Below are positions 10,047 through 21,622 of a stretch of DNA of 34,060 bases, piece after piece. Position numbers and translations under genes: made by a program. The notes under the pieces were generated by a model. That model was given only the letters and a program-made list of their open reading frames with translations. It was not told the DNA's origin and did not search any database. This DNA comes from Octopus bimaculoides (taxonomy: Eukaryota): assembly GCF_001194135.2 (NCBI RefSeq), contig NC_068996.1, positions 14,116,490-14,150,549 of the forward strand, read 5' to 3'. How positions within the stretch are numbered: position 1 is the first letter of the stretch; the number at the start of each line of letters is the position of its first letter.

Positions 10047-10209
10047 GACAGGTTTCTTTCAGTTTCCCTCTACCAGATCCACTCACAAGGCTTTGGTAGG
10101 ACCGAGGCTATAGTAGAAGACACTTGCCCAAGGTGCCACACACTGGAACTGAACCCGGAACCATGTGGTTGATAAGCAAGCTACTTACCACACATGCACT
10201 CCTGCGCCT
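9908..10209 (-). mobile_element. tRNA-derived SINE with internal deletion
   Basis: Head matches 9720-9884; tail joined directly to the GGTTGTCAAG segment, so ~130 bp is missing. Confidence 0.88.
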
Positions 10210-10380
10210 ATATGTATATTTCTATTAACATTAAACACTCACACACACACACGCACTCACAAACATATTTATATAAATACATATGTATGTATATTGTTGA
10301 ATAACACAGGAGCGTTATACCACAAAAGTGAAGACCATAGTATGTTGTATTCACCCTTTGTGTCAAATGCTGTTCTCGTT

Positions 10381-10455
10381 GGTGTTGATGTTGTTGTTGT
10401 TGTTATTGTTATTATTATTATTATTATTATTAATATGAAGATGATGATGATGGCA
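10381..10455. repeat. (GTT)n-(ATT)n-(GAT)n trinucleotide compound repeat
   Basis: Direct reading. Confidence 0.9.
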
Positions 10456-10554
10456 ATGTAACATACCTCATGGGATATAGGACTGTATGGACAGGACAAT
10501 GAGGTTTGATAAAACGTTGCTCACAGCCACCAACATACTCACAGAAAAACATGC

Positions 10555-10676
10555 ACGTGTGTGTGTGTGTATGTGTGCGTGCTACCGTACATGCATGTGC
10601 GCGCGTGTGTATGAGTAGATAGATACCTAGATAAACAGAAATAGAGAGAGAGATATGTAGATAGGTAGATAGATAA

Positions 10677-10748
<72 letters not shown>

Positions 10749-10851
10749 GTACGTAAATATATAAATATATACATATTTACGTATCTAGGTATACACCTAT
10801 ACACGCATACCCACTTACACACACGTGTTTATTTACATATACATATATATG

Positions 10852-10887
<36 letters not shown>

Positions 10888-10945
10888 TATANNNNNNNNN
10901 NTATACATATATATGTATATATATATATATATGTATGTATATCCA
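10555..10945. repeat. (TG)n, (GATA)n and (TA)n microsatellite block
   Basis: Direct reading; includes a 10-nt gap. Confidence 0.9.
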
Positions 10946-11059
10946 CGCACCACAAGTGTATAAATGTATAACTAAGCATTCATTTACGTTACTATTAACA
11001 TAGACCATAGGTCAGTACACTTAATGTGTCTCATTCACTGCCGTTAGTTATGTTGCGGA

Positions 11060-11092
<33 letters not shown>

Positions 11093-11280
11093 AATGCTGA
11101 TGATGATGATGATGATACTTAATTATTTTCCTAGAAAAACAAAGGAATTCAGCACTGCCACGATGCTACTGTAATACATCCTCCCGAGGATAATAAAACC
11201 ACTTAAAAGTCAATTAAGGCCTTTTTTTTTTCGTACGTAACACTGTTGATACTACTACTACTTTGTACGAACCTCAAGCA

Positions 11281-11712
11281 TATATATACATATAAACATA
11301 TATCTGTATCTATTTATCTATCTATATATGTATATATATATTTATATATGTATGTGTGTGTGTGTGTGTGTGTGCGTGTGTGTGTGTTTATAGAGATGAA
11401 TGTATGAATACACAGATAAATGGATAAACTTAAATATATATATTTAGAGAGAGAGGAGGGGAGAGAGAGAAAGAGAATGGAGAGAGAGAGAGAGAATGGA
11501 GAGAGAGAGAGAGAATGGAGAGAGAGAGAGAGAATGGAGAGAGAGAGAGAGAGAGATTGAGAGAGAGAATGGAGAGAGAGAGAATGGAGAGAGAGAATGG
11601 AGAGAGAGAGATTGGAGAGAGAGAGAGAGTGAGAGAGAAGGGACAGAGAGAGAGAGTGAGAGAGAAGGGACAGAGAGGGAGTGACAAACAGACAAGCAGA
11701 TAGATAGATAGT

Positions 11713-11772
<60 letters not shown>

Positions 11773-11787
11773 CAGATATAGATAGAA
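11281..11787. repeat. Compound microsatellite: TA/TG, (GA)n with periodic GAATGGA variants, (GATA)n
   Basis: Direct reading; source of the ERERENG/SLSL ORFs. Confidence 0.92.
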
Positions 11788-12123
11788 GCTATTGTAACAC
11801 ATCCTCTCGCGGACAATAAAACCACTTAAAACTCAATTAAGGCATTTTGTTTTTCATATGCAGGAATCTTTCAACTATTTTTCTTTGAAATCGTAATTGC
11901 GGAACATTAAAGTGCGCTGTAATTACATGTAGAATTTCACAAGGGTTAAGTTTGAACATTTAGAACAATTAATAATTGCTGAATTAATGGTACGAAGATC
12001 GTCTGCTCTGGGGTTTATAATGCCTATACAGTTTCGGATCTAGCCCCCATTCGACCTTAGTGACAATAAATGTATGTTTGGGGGAAGCATTTGTCGTGTG
12101 TTACAGTCCCAAGTTGACTTCAT

Positions 12124-12335
12124 TTATCTTTTATCTTTTACTTGTCAGTTATTGGACTACAGCAGGCCATGCTTTGTCAACACCTTGAAGGGTTTCGTCG
12201 TGTTCGTTTTTACGCCAGCTATATATTCCTATATTCATTTTTGGTTCCCTTTGACGAACTGGTAATTTAGCGGGACATGAACAAACTAATTATAGTTGTC
12301 AAGTGTCGTTGAGAGACAAACTCAAAACACGCGTG
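12124..12335 (-). mobile_element. Main-family SINE, decayed 3' half
   Basis: Tail TTTTATCTTTTACTTGTCAGTTATTGGACT and body GTTGTCAAG...GACAAAC. Confidence 0.6.
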
Positions 12336-12399
12336 TATGTTTGTGAGTGTGTGTATGTATGTGTGTATGTATGTATGTATGTATGTATGTGTGTGTGTA

Positions 12400-12430
<31 letters not shown>

Positions 12431-12477
12431 TTGTTTGTTTGTTTGTATGTCGGTAAATGGAGGACAAGAGAAATACT

Positions 12478-12702
12478 TATTTCTTTATTGCCCACAAGGG
12501 GCTCAACATAGAGGGGACAAACAAGGACAGACAAAGGGATTAAGTCGATTACATCGACCCCAGTGCGTAACTGGTACTTAATTTATCGACCTCGAAAGGA
12601 TGAAAGTCGACCTCGGCGGAATTTGAACTCAGAACGTAACGGCAGACGAAATACCACTAGGCATTTCGCCCGACGTGCTAATGATTCTGCCAGCTCGCCA
12701 CC
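12478..12702 (-). mobile_element. Second tRNA-derived SINE family, full length, with 17-bp TSD
   Basis: Perfect TSD AGGACAAGAGAAATACT at 12461-12477 and 12703-12719; minus-strand head GGTGGCGAGCTGGCAGAATC...GAGTTCAAATTCC (B box); central TTTCATCCTTTCGAGGTCGATAAATTAAGTACCAG resembles, from memory, the Meta/MESC SINE domain; ends GGCAATAAAGAAATA. Confidence 0.9.
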
Positions 12703-13275
12703 AGGACAAGAGAAATACTAAAATGGCTGTCTAAGTCAGGTTCAAATTATCAACGTCAAATGATGAGCCAAACGTTTCATACCCTTTCCTGAGATCACAG
12801 CATTAACAGCATTACACTGTGTAATACGATTTTGGGTAGCAACTGTTATTTCTTACTTGTTTACCCCTAGAAAATATGAAAAATGGCTAATGTTTCCTTC
12901 AAACTTAACTTTTGTTTCATTTATGCAAGCCCTAAAGAATCCCACTTAACACATGGCTACGATGCCTTCCCAATACTCCTGCTAGTGATCAGAGATTATC
13001 ATATTGTCAGCCACTAAGGGATATGCTCAAGTAGTTAAGTTCAAGCCACTGACAAATCTGTGGAATTGAGCAGAATATTTGCTATAACGATATTTCTGCT
13101 TCAGCAACTCAGCGCTGAATTTGTCTGAAATATAATGGAAAATAGATCAGTTTGAAAACACTTACTGACCGAAGGTAACGAAAAATTTTGTTATATAGTG
13201 TTATTTTTCTCTACATATTTATAAAATAATGTCTGAAAGGCCCACATTTTCATATTCGTCTTGATAAATTTAACT

Positions 13276-13789
13276 CAGTCTAGGCATTATATTGTGGCAT
13301 ATACCAAGCAATCAACTTGGTGTGTATTTTAGTCTCGTTCATTTTAAGTCTGAAATGGAAAATGTCTGTATGAATTCCCAGCGGACGCATCTACATGCCT
13401 GTAAATATCTATAACATATTCTACCTTTACAAGAATTGACCAGACTTTTAGTTAGCCCTTATTTCATGCTTTCTGAGTAACATAAAGCTTTCTTTCATAA
13501 GTCCCAAGTCACTCTGGGTTTTGATGAAAAATGATAATGTACATCATATATGATGCATGGACGCCAGGAAAACATGTCGTCTCTCTCATGCAATTCATAG
13601 AACAGACAAAGCAGTGCAGTCATCATATCGAGTCATACGCCAAGTAATCTACTTGGTGCGTATTCTAATGTCATTCATTTTAAGTTTGCAACGGAAAGTA
13701 TCTGTATTAATTCCACTAGTTGAAACAACATCTCCGTGAATATCTATAAAAAAAAATTCTACCGACTTTTCTTCAAGATATGGTCAGAC
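13276..13789. repeat. Diverged local direct repeat (~170-180 bp units, offset 336 bp)
   Basis: 13276-13445 aligns with 13612-13789 (CCAAG.AATC.ACTTGGTG.GTATT..., TTCATTTTAAGT, AATATCTATAA, ATTCTACC, CAGAC). Confidence 0.75.
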
Positions 13790-14538
13790 GGAAATAATGC
13801 AGTCGATTCTTTCTTTATATTCATCACATAGCTTAAGTTAATGTCAGCATCTTCCATCATTAGTTTTTTTCTTTTCGGGAAATTTTGTGGTTACATCGAT
13901 CTTAAGCAACTAACACCAGATTTACCGTTTGTATCGATATTGTCGTAATGTACAGTATTAATTCCTTTGATAAATTTTATATTCTATTCCCCTCCTCTTT
14001 GTCCTGTCCAGTTGAGTCAGCCAGTATATTGACCATCAGAAGGTTATTTTCCGCCATTCTTCCGCTATTTTTTGCGCAATTTTTTTCGTTATTTCTTCTT
14101 TAATGTCTTTTAAAGTTTCACTCCGATTTTCTCATCTGTCACGTTTTACCGTTTCAGCTATTTAAATATACATTTCTTACAGTATTTTTCACTGAATCTC
14201 TTTCTTTATTATATCAATGCACATAAAGAAAATCTTTTTTCTTTCAGTGTTTATGCCCTTCTTTGAAAGCAATCGAAATAACCCTTGCTGATACCAATGT
14301 TTCCTTTGTTATACAATCTACAATTACTTTCAAATAGTTTGACTACGTCTCGCATACATTTTATATTTTATGCTTGAATTGTTAACAGTCATTACTGTGT
14401 GGCCAAGCTGGAGTTTCTGCACTGAAGGTTGTGATTTGTTCAACAAATCGGCCCCAGTACGTAGATTTTCAAGAAGTGTACTTATTGTTCCAATGGCTAC
14501 ATTTTGAAGAATGTTAAGTGGTAGGAACATAAAGAAGA

Positions 14539-14572
<34 letters not shown>

Positions 14573-15000
14573 AAATCCACTCGCAAAGTTTTGGAACATA
14601 TAGAAGAAACTTGTCAAAGAGATTGCGTTGAAACGGACTGAGCTCAGGAACTCATGTTTTGAGAACAAAAAGCATTTAAGACATACGTTTCAGATCATTA
14701 CGTAACACATAATAGGAAAATCATTTCAATATGTATGCACATATATATGTGTGTACATTTACATATGTGTATACTTTTCAATATGTATGTATATATGTGT
14801 GTGCGTGTGTATGTATGTGTCTGAAGGTTCACATACACACAAACAAAATATCTACATATGTGTATGTGGACGTGTATGTACGTACGTGTATGTATATATA
14901 TATATATATGCAAGTATATAGACAATTTTGAAGGGTAAATCGAATCGTTATACATGTGCCAAGTTATGCATTATCGACATTAATATAGCATAAGTGTATG

Positions 15001-15056
<56 letters not shown>

Positions 15057-15179
15057 CGGATGCGTGTGTGTATGCATATATAAACATATAATTTTAAAGA
15101 TTTACCCTATTACGCACTCTCTAACATTCTCTGTCTTTCTTTCTCTCTTTTCACCTATCTATCTGTTAAAGATAGCCAG

Positions 15180-15206
15180 AGAGATAGATATATGGATAGA
15201 TAAAAT

Positions 15207-15277
<71 letters not shown>
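15180..15277. repeat. (GATA)n microsatellite
   Basis: Direct reading. Confidence 0.95.
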
Positions 15278-15595
15278 GAGCAGTAACTATCAGATTTTTC
15301 TTCTTATTTTAACAAGCAGCCTCAAGACTGTATATACTATATAGGCAAGATACAGTATAGAAAATTTCAGGGGAGGAATATGTTTAGATTAAAACGAAAA
15401 TATATTGCATATAATGTAGATACATAATGTAATAAGATTTACAAAAATCTAATAAATCAGCAATAAAAAGATTGAAGGGCTCGCATTAGGGGCGTACGGA
15501 GACTGATTAAGCAGGGGACAGAAAGAAATTATTTAGATAACATATATATGACTAAATGTATTGAGTGCCCTTTCCTTTTCCTTGTCCTATCACGC

Positions 15596-15639
<44 letters not shown>

Positions 15640-16690
15640 GTGTGTGTGTGTGTGTGTGTGTGTGTGNNNNNNNNNNTAGATACATACACATAAGTATATA
15701 CATACATACATACACGTCTATATCTAGATACGTTGACATATATACATATGTATATATACATACATGAATAAGCATACATATACATATACATACATATATA
15801 CATGTCTACATGTCTTACATATACAAACGTATACATACATATATATGCACACTGGTCGTGTGCATACGTGCATATACATGTATGTCTATCGTATGTTTTA
15901 TATATATATATATATATATATNNNNNNNNNNNNNNNNNNNNNNNNNNNNNNNNNNNNNNNNNNNNNNNNNNNNNNNNNNNNNNNNNNNNNNNNNNNNNNN
16001 NNNNNNNNNNNNNNNNNNNNNNNNNNNNNNNNNNNNNNNNNNNNNNNNNNNNNNNNNNNNNNNNNNNNNNNNNNNNNNNNNNNNNNNNNNNNNNNNNNNN
16101 NNNNNNNNNNNNNNNNNNNNNNNNNNNNNNNNNNNNNNNNNNNNNNNNNNNNNNNNNNNNNNNNNNNNNNNNNNNNNNNNNNNNNNNNNNNNNNNNNNNN
16201 NNNNNNNNNNNNNNNNNNNNNNNNNNNNNNNNNNNNNNNNNNNNNNNNNNNNNNNNNNNNNNNNNNNNNNNNNNNNNNNNNNNNNNNNNNNNNNNNNNNN
16301 NNNNNNNNNNNNNNNNNNNNNNNNNNNNNNNNNNNNNNNNNNNNNNNNNNNNNNNNNNNNNNNNNNNNNNNNNNNNNNNNNNNNNNNNNNNNNNNNNNNN
16401 NNNNNNNNNNNNNNNNNNNNNNNNNNNNNNNNNNNNNNNNNNNNNNNNNNNNNNNNNNNNNNNNNNNNNNNNNNNNNNNNNNNNNNNNNNNNNNNNNNNN
16501 NNNNNNNNNNNNNNNNNNNNNNNNNNNNNNNNNNNNNNNNNNNNNNNNNNNNNNNNNNNNNNNNNNNNNNNNNNNNNNNNNNNNNNNNNNNNNNNNNNNN
16601 NNNNNNNNNNNNNNNNNNNNNNNNNNNNNNNNNNNNNNNNNNNNNNNNNNNNNNNNNNNNNNNNNNNNNNNNNNNNNNNNNNNNNNNNNN

Positions 16691-16719
<29 letters not shown>

Positions 16720-16722
<3 letters not shown>

Positions 16723-17010
16723 TATACTTTATTGAAAAGCACCAAAAATATCACAGAAACTGTTACTCAAAGCCTCACGTTCCCTTTCTTTGGACAGTTT
16801 TGTTTAGAACGGAGCAAGATAATATTACATGCAGAAATGCAATTACTTTGAAATATATACGTTTGAAAATGGTTTTGTTTCATTGGTCCTCTCAACTAAT
16901 GGTCTTTTCAATAATCGGTTGCGGTTTAAAATCATATTATTATAAAAATCGAAGAAAACCTTCTATCAAAGATAGCTTATAAAGAAGGAAAAGGCCTGAA
17001 TACCAAGGGT
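16720..17010 (-). mobile_element. Probable Penelope-like element 3' remnant with decayed hammerhead-like motif
   Basis: Minus strand: weak FYNNMILNRN (cf. GIY-YIG C-terminal FI..F.P.LN), then a hammerhead-shaped motif 16757-16800, then AATAAA. Confidence 0.35.
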
Positions 17011-18417
17011 AGGTAATTAGCTGTAAAATATTAATAAATTAATAAATTAAAGGATAAAGCCGTTTAAAAAAAAAATCACGCTAGATCACATATACATTTA
17101 GCGATATATACGCATACCAAACGATCTATTATATACGTATATACACTAAACATACGTGAATATACAGACATATATAGGCAAGACAAAAATATATACAAAT
17201 GCATATATAAGTATGCACACACACATGCACACGCACAAAATCTCCTTGTGAGTGCTTATAGAAGTTAGTTGTTACAGGCGAACGAAAGAATAGGAAAAAG
17301 AATCAGAGAATAACATGGGTGGGGAAAAGAAGAATAAGAAATAAAAGAAAGAAAAACAGAAAATTAGATGCCCACATATATAAATGTATATACACATATA
17401 CATACATATATGTACACATAGACACATATACATAAATTATTTACAGCCTGTTAATCTACATATATNNNNNNNNNNNNNNNNNNNNNNNNNNNNNNNNNNN
17501 NNNNNNNNNNNNNNNNNNNNNNNNNNNNNNNNNNNNNNNNNNNNNNNNNNNNNNNNNNNNNNNNNNNNNNNNNNNNNNNNNNNNNNNNNNNNNNNNNNNN
17601 NNNNNNNNNNNNNNNNNNNNNNNNNNNNNNNNNNNNNNNNNNNNNNNNNNNNNNNNNNNNNNNNNNNNNNNNNNNNNNNNNNNNNNNNNNNNNNNNNNNN
17701 NNNNNNNNNNNNNNNNNNNNNNNNNNNNNNNNNNNNNNNNNNNNNNNNNNNNNNNNNNNNNNNNNNNNNNNNNNNNNNNNNNNNNNNNNNNNNNNNNNNN
17801 NNNNNNNNNNNNNNNNNNNNNNNNNNNNNNNNNNNNNNNNNNNNNNNNNNNNNNNNNNNNNNNNNNNNNNNNNNNNNNNNNNNNNNNNNNNNNNNNNNNN
17901 NNNNNNNNNNNNNNNNNNNNNNNNNNNNNNNNNNNNNNNNNNNNNNNNNNNNNNNNNNNNNNNNNNNNNNNNNNNNNNNNNNNNNNNNNNNNNNNNNNNN
18001 NNNNNNNNNNNNNNNNNNNNNNNNNNNNNNNNNNNNNNNNNNNNNNNNNNNNNNNNNNNNNNNNNNNNNNNNNNNNNNNNNNNNNNNNNNNNNNNNNNNN
18101 NNNNNNNNNNNNNNNNNNNNNNNNNNNNNNNNNNNNNNNNNNNNNNNNNNNNNNNNNNNNNNNNNNNNNNNNNNNNNNNNNNNNNNNNNNNNNNNNNNNN
18201 NNNNNNNNNNNNNNNNNNNNNNNNNNNNNNNNNNNNNNNNNNNNNNNNNNNNNNNNNNNNNNNNNNNNNNNNNNNNNNNNNNNNNNNNNNNNNNNNNNNN
18301 NNNNNNNNNNNNNNNNNNNNNNNNNNNNNNNNNNNNNNNNNNNNNNNNNNNNNNNNNNNNNNNNNNNNNNNNNNNNNNNNNNNNNNNNNNNNNNNGGAGT
18401 TGTGAAATATAATATTT

Positions 18418-18464
<47 letters not shown>

Positions 18465-18506
18465 TAGCAGAGTTACGCGGCGTTGCTCGGTATTAAAATG
18501 GCATAG

Positions 18507-18695
18507 TTTTTTTATTGTTTTATTTGTTTCAGTCATGTGACTGCGGACATGCTGGAGCACCGCCTTTAGTCGAAGAAATCGACCCCAGCATTTATTCTAT
18601 GTAAGCCTAGTACTTATTCTATCGGAGTGTTTTGCCAAACAGCTAAGCTACTGGGACGTAAACACACCAACATCAGTCGTCAAGCGATGGTGGAG

Positions 18696-18698
<3 letters not shown>
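18507..18698 (-). mobile_element. Main-family SINE, 3' half ending in the internal (CA)n tract
   Basis: High similarity to 9490-9670. Confidence 0.88.
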
Positions 18699-18733
<35 letters not shown>

Positions 18734-18749
18734 ATGATTTTCTGTGACT

Positions 18750-19452
18750 ATGTTCAGAAGTAGTCTGACAGCGGTGATACCAACAAGAAGCGGAATTAAT
18801 ACTTCGTCATCACTCTCAAGTCTAAAATTTCAATGGATCCAACTACATGCATGAGGAAGCTGACTTTTGAACTTGAAGTAGAGCCCCAAGACCATCAGCA
18901 TCAGAACTGCTGTGAATGATTACTTGGGTCTCAAGGCCTCCACCAGGACGCCGAGACACCTGCTGACAGCACCTATGAATGCTAAGAGATTGGAGAGTTG
19001 CAAAAATTTCTCAGGTGTCTCAAGAAGAACGGATCCACTGTGAAGATTTTTTTTCTAACGAGATCACAGTGGATGCCGTTGTGAACCGCAAAAACGACCG
19101 GCACACTGTGGGCTCAACGGTTAACGTCAAATCCAAATTCGTGGCTTTCTGGATCTCAACCCTCTGGGCTATGCTGTGTTGGACATTTTGGAGCATGCCA
19201 ACAACAAAACTTCCCACCTTAATGAGAAGTGAGCCATGATGACCAATGATTTCGTGGTGAAGAAACGTGCGGGATTCTGGGGCCGTGCGGAGGCCGTAAT
19301 TGCAAAAAATTGAAGCCACATAGAATAACTTATTCATTGTGTAATTATATGTGAGTATTATTAACCTATTTTCAAATTACTAAACCCGTTGATGCACAAT
19401 GAGAGAGTTTCAAATGTTACACCAATTTTGCAAGTTTTGCTTCCTCACCCTG
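18750..19452 (+). mobile_element. Decayed Tc1/mariner (maT-like) element, internally deleted, right end intact
   Basis: Frameshifted translation RTAVNDYLGLKASTRTPRHLLTAPMNAKRLESCK / LKKNGSTVKIFFSNEITVDAVVNRKNDR, then LDLNPLGYAVLDILEHANNKTSH; central catalytic region missing; ends CACCCTG followed by TA. Confidence 0.75.
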
Positions 19453-19462
19453 TATATATAAT

Positions 19463-19612
19463 AGGCGCAGGCATGACAGTGTGGTAAGAAGCTGGTTCCG
19501 GGTTCAGTCCCGCTGCGTGGCACCTTGGGAAAGTGTCTTCTACCATATCCCCGGGCCGACTAAAGACTTGTGAGTAGATTTGGTTGACGGGAACTGTAAA
19601 AAGCTCGTCGTG

Positions 19613-19656
<44 letters not shown>

Positions 19657-19703
19657 NNNNNNNNNNNNNNNNNNNNNNNNNNNNNNNNNNNNNNNNNNNN
19701 NNN

Positions 19704-19747
<44 letters not shown>

Positions 19748-19946
19748 TGTATGTGTGGGTGTCTGTGGCTCTGACTGTCCCCCACCACTGCTTGACAACC
19801 GGTGTTGGTGTGTTTACACCCCCGTAACTTAGGAATTCGGTAAAATAGTGATCGATAGAATAATTACCAGGTTTTCGACTGAAAACCCATCAAGGCAATG
19901 TTCCAGAATGGCCACAGTCAAATGACTGAAACAAATAAAGGAATAA
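19463..19946 (+). mobile_element. Main-family SINE, near-full length, with expanded internal microsatellite containing a gap
   Basis: Head AGGCGCAGG...GGTTCAGTCCC...CCTTGGGAAAG; tail CCAGAATGGCCACAGTCAAATGACTGAAACAAATAAAG. Confidence 0.88.
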
Positions 19947-20917
19947 CAGACAGACTTGCGCAAATGCATCAATGAATTAACATTGATATTTTTTTCACCG
20001 TTGTTAAAATCATCTGAAACGGAACTGTCAAAGCGCGATATTCGAGCAATTTTGCTATTCAACTTCAAAAAAGGACGTAAAGCAGCTGGAACTGTTCGCG
20101 ATATCAACGAGACGTATGTTGAGCAAATGACCAGTGAGTGGTCAGCTCGAAAATGGTTTAAACGATTTCGCAGTGGAGACCTGAGTCTTGAAGATCGTGA
20201 GCGTAGTGGACGCCCATCTGTCATCGATGACGGTCAATTAAAGACCGTCATTGAGAAAGATCCACGTAAAACCACTCGAGAACCAGCAAAAGAACTTCAT
20301 ATTAGCCAGAAAACCGCCTGCAACCATTTGCATGCAATCGGAAAATGTAAAAAAACAAGCTCGACAAATGGGTACCACATGATTTGAATGGAAATCAGAA
20401 AATATGCAGACATGAAATTTACTCGTCGCTTCTTCTCCGTAACCAGACCGATCACGACTGTATTGTAACTTGCGATGAAAAGTAGATTCTGTTTGGTGGT
20501 GTACTGCTGGACTCATCCACTGTAACTTCTTAAAACCCACAAAAACCGTTACTGCAGAAACATATTGCCATGAAATTGCTAAAATGAAAGAAAAACTACC
20601 TCTCCGTCCCAGACTGGTCGAACAGAAAAGAATCAATCATTCTTCATGACAATGCTTGACCACATGTTTCACTAATGACGCCCCAGAAGTTGAGGGAACT
20701 TCTTTACGAAGTTCTTCCCCACCCAGCTTATTCCCCAGACCTAAAAGTGCTTTCAAAAAGTCCATCAGCTCCAGAACTCCAGATTTTTATGTTACCGAAA
20801 TAAACAAACCTGTAACTCAAAATGTGTTGATTGTAATGGTACTTACTTTGATGAATAAATTTTCCGCTTTGTTAAAATATATTGTGACGAATTTCATGTT
20901 GCTTACTTAGCCTGATA
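19947..20917 (+). mobile_element. Decayed mariner transposase element (mariner/SETMAR-type sequence)
   Basis: KRDIRAILLFNFKKG...WFKRFRSGDLSLEDRERSGRP (HTH), WVPHDL, TCDEK, LHDNA, HPAYSPDL, KCVDCNGTYFDE*; stops, frameshifts and two deletions (third catalytic D lost); right end ...TAGCCTGATA-TA. Confidence 0.92.
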
Positions 20918-20943
20918 TAATATATCAAATATGTATTCTCTGT

Positions 20944-21135
20944 ATTCTTTTATTTGTTTCAATAATTAGACTGCGGCTATGTTGAGAAACCACCGTGAAT
21001 TTTAGTCAAATGAATCAACTCCAATACATTTTCTGTAAGCTACTTATTGTATCAGTCTATTTGGCGAACCGCTAACTTTCGGGCATATAACGACACCAAC
21101 AACAGTTGTGAAGAGGTAGTAGGGGATAAACACGG

Positions 21136-21140
<5 letters not shown>
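20944..21140 (-). mobile_element. Main-family SINE, diverged 3' half
   Basis: Tail ATTCTTTTATTTGTTTCAATAATTAGACTGCGGC; body GCGAACCGCTAA...ACACCAAC. Confidence 0.75.
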
Positions 21141-21188
<48 letters not shown>

Positions 21189-21229
21189 NNNNNNNNNNNN
21201 NNNNNNNNNNNNNTTACCAGATTTATTTA

Positions 21230-21327
21230 CTGACTCAACCAAAACCTTGTGAGTGATTTCGGTAGACGGAATCTGCATGATGCCTGTCAAATACATGCAC
21301 ACATACATATGATGTATATGTATATAG

Positions 21328-21360
<33 letters not shown>

Positions 21361-21370
21361 CATATATATT

Positions 21371-21401
<31 letters not shown>

Positions 21402-21622
21402 ATATATGTGTGTGTATCTTGATGTTTGTGTTTGTTCGCCACACCTGCTTGAGGATCGGTGTTTGTTTGTTTACTGCATTAATCTAACGGTTCGGCAAAA
21501 TGTGGTTTGTACATTATGTACAGCACTTAAAAATTACAAATTAATATTGGAGTCGATTTTTCGCCGAAAACCCGTCAAGCCGTGCCCCAGCATGGCCGCA
21601 GTAAAAGATGAAAGAATATAAT
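21230..21622 (+). mobile_element. Main-family SINE, diverged, head lost in or before the gap
   Basis: ACCAAAACCTTGTGAGTG...GGTAGACGGAA, internal microsatellite, tail GTGCCCCAGCATGGCCGCAG. Confidence 0.75.

Noticed and set aside
13276-13789. CRISPR-like or regularly spaced repeat array
   Set aside because: Only two long diverged units in eukaryotic DNA; no repeat-spacer periodicity or cas genes anywhere in the window.
12860-14940. Possible piggyBac-like element (TTTACCCCTAGAAAAT ... ATTTTGAAGGGTAAA) with a Cys-rich remnant near 13590-13640
   Set aside because: The end match is short and AT-rich, there is no TTAA TSD, and the peptide resemblance needs several frameshifts.
18461-18495. ACTAGCAGAGTTACGCGGCGTTGCTCGG resembling a Helitron-type terminus
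   Set aside because: Only ~30 bp, cut off by a SINE; no second terminus or hairpin-CTRR end found.
19956-20387. SETMAR-like or domesticated transposase gene
   Set aside because: Frameshifts, stops and loss of the third catalytic Asp; no SET domain; an ordinary decayed mariner.
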